This document shows positions 46,714 to 48,419 of a stretch of 48,419 nt of DNA, piece by piece. A program made the translations under genes and the position numbers. Below the pieces are notes generated by a model. The model was not told the origin of the DNA. It searched no databases and worked only from the letters and a program-made list of their open reading frames with translations. The DNA comes from Patulibacter sp. (GTDB lineage: Bacteria > Actinomycetota > Thermoleophilia > Solirubrobacterales > Solirubrobacteraceae): the NCBI GenBank assembly GCA_015478825.1, contig JADMKN010000242.1:1-48419 (forward strand). Reading direction: 5' to 3'. Position 1 is the first letter of the stretch; the number at the start of each line of letters is the position of its first letter.

Positions 46714-47862
46714 ATGCGCACGAACGAACTGACCCCCACCCGCCTCCGCGAGCTCGCCGAGCTGCGTCCGTCGCAGGGGAAGGTGCTGTCGTTGTTCGTG
46801 GATCTGGATCCGGTCCGGTTCGCCGACGCCGCCGCGAGGTCCAGCTCGTTCGGGTCGCTGCGCCACGAGGCGGAGCGGGCGGTCGAGCGGGCGGTTGACC
46901 TCGACGACGACGATCGGCGCGCGCTCCACGAGGACCTGGAGCGGATCGGCGCGCTGCTCGATCCCGACGCGATACCGGCGAACGGCGCGGGCAGCCTGGC
47001 GATCTTCGCCTGCCAGCCCGCCGACCTGTTCGAGGTGATCCGCCTGCCGGAGCCGGTCGAGCAGCAGGTGCACCTGGGCAGCGAGCCGTTCGTCGCTCCG
47101 CTCGCGGCGATCGGCCCCGACGAGCGCTGGGCGGTGCTGCTGGTCGACAAGCGCGTGGCGCGGATCTTCGCCGGTCCGCCGACCGCGGCGGCCGAGGTCC
47201 ACACGATCGACGACGAGACCCACGGGCGCCACAGCACGGGCGGGTGGTCGCAGGCGCGCTACCAGCGGTCGATCGACGAGGAGGTCTCCGATCACCTGCG
47301 GCACGTCGCCGAGGACCTGTTCCGGATGCACGAGCGGGAGCCGTTCGATCACCTGCTGCTGGCCGGCCCGGTCGAGGCCACCAGCGAGATGGAGCACCGC
47401 TTGCACACCGACCTCGGGCGGATCCTCTGCGGTCGCTTCGAGATCGACGTCCAGAGCAGCACCCCGGAGCAGGTGCGCACGGCGGCGATGGCGTTCGTCG
47501 AGCGCCAGCGCGACGAGACCGAGTCGGGGCTGCTCGGCGAGCTCGCCGACGGCCGCGGGACCGGTCGGGGGGTGGCCGGCCTCGCCCCGGTGGTCGAGGC
47601 GCTGGTCCAGGCGCGGGTCCGGACGCTGCTGCTGACCCCCCGACACGACCGGCTCCGCGACGTCCGCTGCTGCCCGAGCTGTGACTGGCTGGGCGCCGAC
47701 GGCGCCACGGCCTGCCCGGTCGACGGGACCGAGCTGCGCAGCGTCGAGGCGGCCGAGCTGGTGACCACCCGCGCGCTGACCCAGGATGCCGACGTGGTCG
47801 TCTTCCGCGAGCCGGAGCCGCTGGAGCCGCACGAGGGGATCGCGGCGATCCTGCGGTTCTGA
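46714..47862 (+). CDS. Bacterial aeRF1-superfamily (baeRF/Vms1-like) protein
   Basis: VLSLFVD; HGRHSTGGWSQARYQR loop; CPSC..CPVD Zn ribbon; GIAAILRF C-terminus typical of aeRF1. Confidence 0.85.
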   Translation: MRTNELTPTRLRELAELRPSQGKVLSLFVDLDPVRFADAAARSSSFGSLRHEAERAVERAVDLDDDDRRALHEDLERIGALLDPDAIPANGAGSLAIFACQPADLFEVIRLPEPVEQQVHLGSEPFVAPLAAIGPDERWAVLLVDKRVARIFAGPPTAAAEVHTIDDETHGRHSTGGWSQARYQRSIDEEVSDHLRHVAEDLFRMHEREPFDHLLLAGPVEATSEMEHRLHTDLGRILCGRFEIDVQSSTPEQVRTAAMAFVERQRDETESGLLGELADGRGTGRGVAGLAPVVEALVQARVRTLLLTPRHDRLRDVRCCPSCDWLGADGATACPVDGTELRSVEAAELVTTRALTQDADVVVFREPEPLEPHEGIAAILRF

Positions 47863-47955
47863 GGGGTCGCGTCCCCGAAGGCGAGCCCGGCGCCGTTCCA
47901 CGGTGGCCGAGCCCGTCCCGTCGGGACGCTCGCGGCCGGGGCGTAGGATCGCCGC

Positions 47956-48419
47956 ATGGGCACCGAACGTCCGTCCTCCACCCCCTGGCAGCCGCTGCGC
48001 TACGCCGACTGGAGCGCGACCTGCGACACGCTCCACGCGCACACGCAGGTGCTCGGCAAGCTCGCGGTGACGCTCGCGCCGCCCGAGCCGCAGCTCCAGC
48101 ACGGCGCCCTGCGGCTGACGGCGCGCGGTTGGGAGACCGCCCCGCTCCCGGCGCCGAACGGCGCGGGGGCGGTGACCGTCGCGCTCGACCTGCGTCGTCA
48201 CGAGGCGCTCGTCGAGCACAGCGGGGGCGGGGGCGCGGCGATCTCGCTCGGTCCCGACCGCGCGGTTGGGACGGTCTGTCGCGAGCTGCTCGACGCGGTG
48301 CTTCGGCTCGGTGGCCCGGTCGAGATCGACCCGACGCCGCAGGAGGTCTCGTGGACGGTGCCGCTGGACGAGGACGACCAGCACCGGACCTACGACGCCG
48401 CGGCGGTCGAACGGTACTT
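47956..48419 (+). CDS. DUF5996-family protein, runs off the right edge
   Basis: Hand translation: WQPLRYADWSATCDTLHAHTQVLGKL...LRLTARGWET...PTPQEV...PLDEDDQHRTYD; TAGGAT -10 box 6 nt upstream. Confidence 0.78.
   Translation, partial: MGTERPSSTPWQPLRYADWSATCDTLHAHTQVLGKLAVTLAPPEPQLQHGALRLTARGWETAPLPAPNGAGAVTVALDLRRHEALVEHSGGGGAAISLGPDRAVGTVCRELLDAVLRLGGPVEIDPTPQEVSWTVPLDEDDQHRTYDAAAVERY

Noticed and set aside
1-48419. CRISPR arrays, tRNA/rRNA, transposases, integrases, prophage
   Set aside because: No regularly spaced repeats, RNA gene signatures or mobile-element motifs were seen on reading.

Overview
Very GC-rich actinobacterial chromosomal DNA. Gene style and protein families suggest Thermoleophilia/Solirubrobacterales, such as a Patulibacter-like organism (inference). 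The supplied ORF track is mostly antisense or off-frame shadow ORFs; about 37 real genes are supportable. The main feature is a vitamin B12 locus (9515-19817). Two back-to-back cobalamin riboswitches control four exported proteins built from transcobalamin/intrinsic-factor-like modules (one alpha-barrel+beta, one beta-only, one alpha-only with a membrane anchor, one beta-only lipoprotein), followed by an ECF transporter with a CbrT-type S component. A B12-dependent methylmalonyl-CoA mutase subunit sits at the window start. Six exported proteins end in a very Lys/Arg-rich beta-strand domain that looks like a lineage-specific surface anchor. Also present: a sigma28-type promoter before a choice-of-anchor-P-like protein, a large four-repeat secreted protein, PolX, vapB with a truncated vapC, a secreted amidase, cspA, soxR with a SoxR box, Ada-AlkA/Ogt, a four-gene TetR cluster including a triple-TetR fusion, a GntR-hydantoinase/acetone-carboxylase-like-ABC operon, an AlkZ-like glycosylase, an aeRF1-like (baeRF) factor and a DUF5996 gene. 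No rRNA, tRNA, CRISPR or transposase was recognised. All family assignments come from motif recognition by eye, not database searches.
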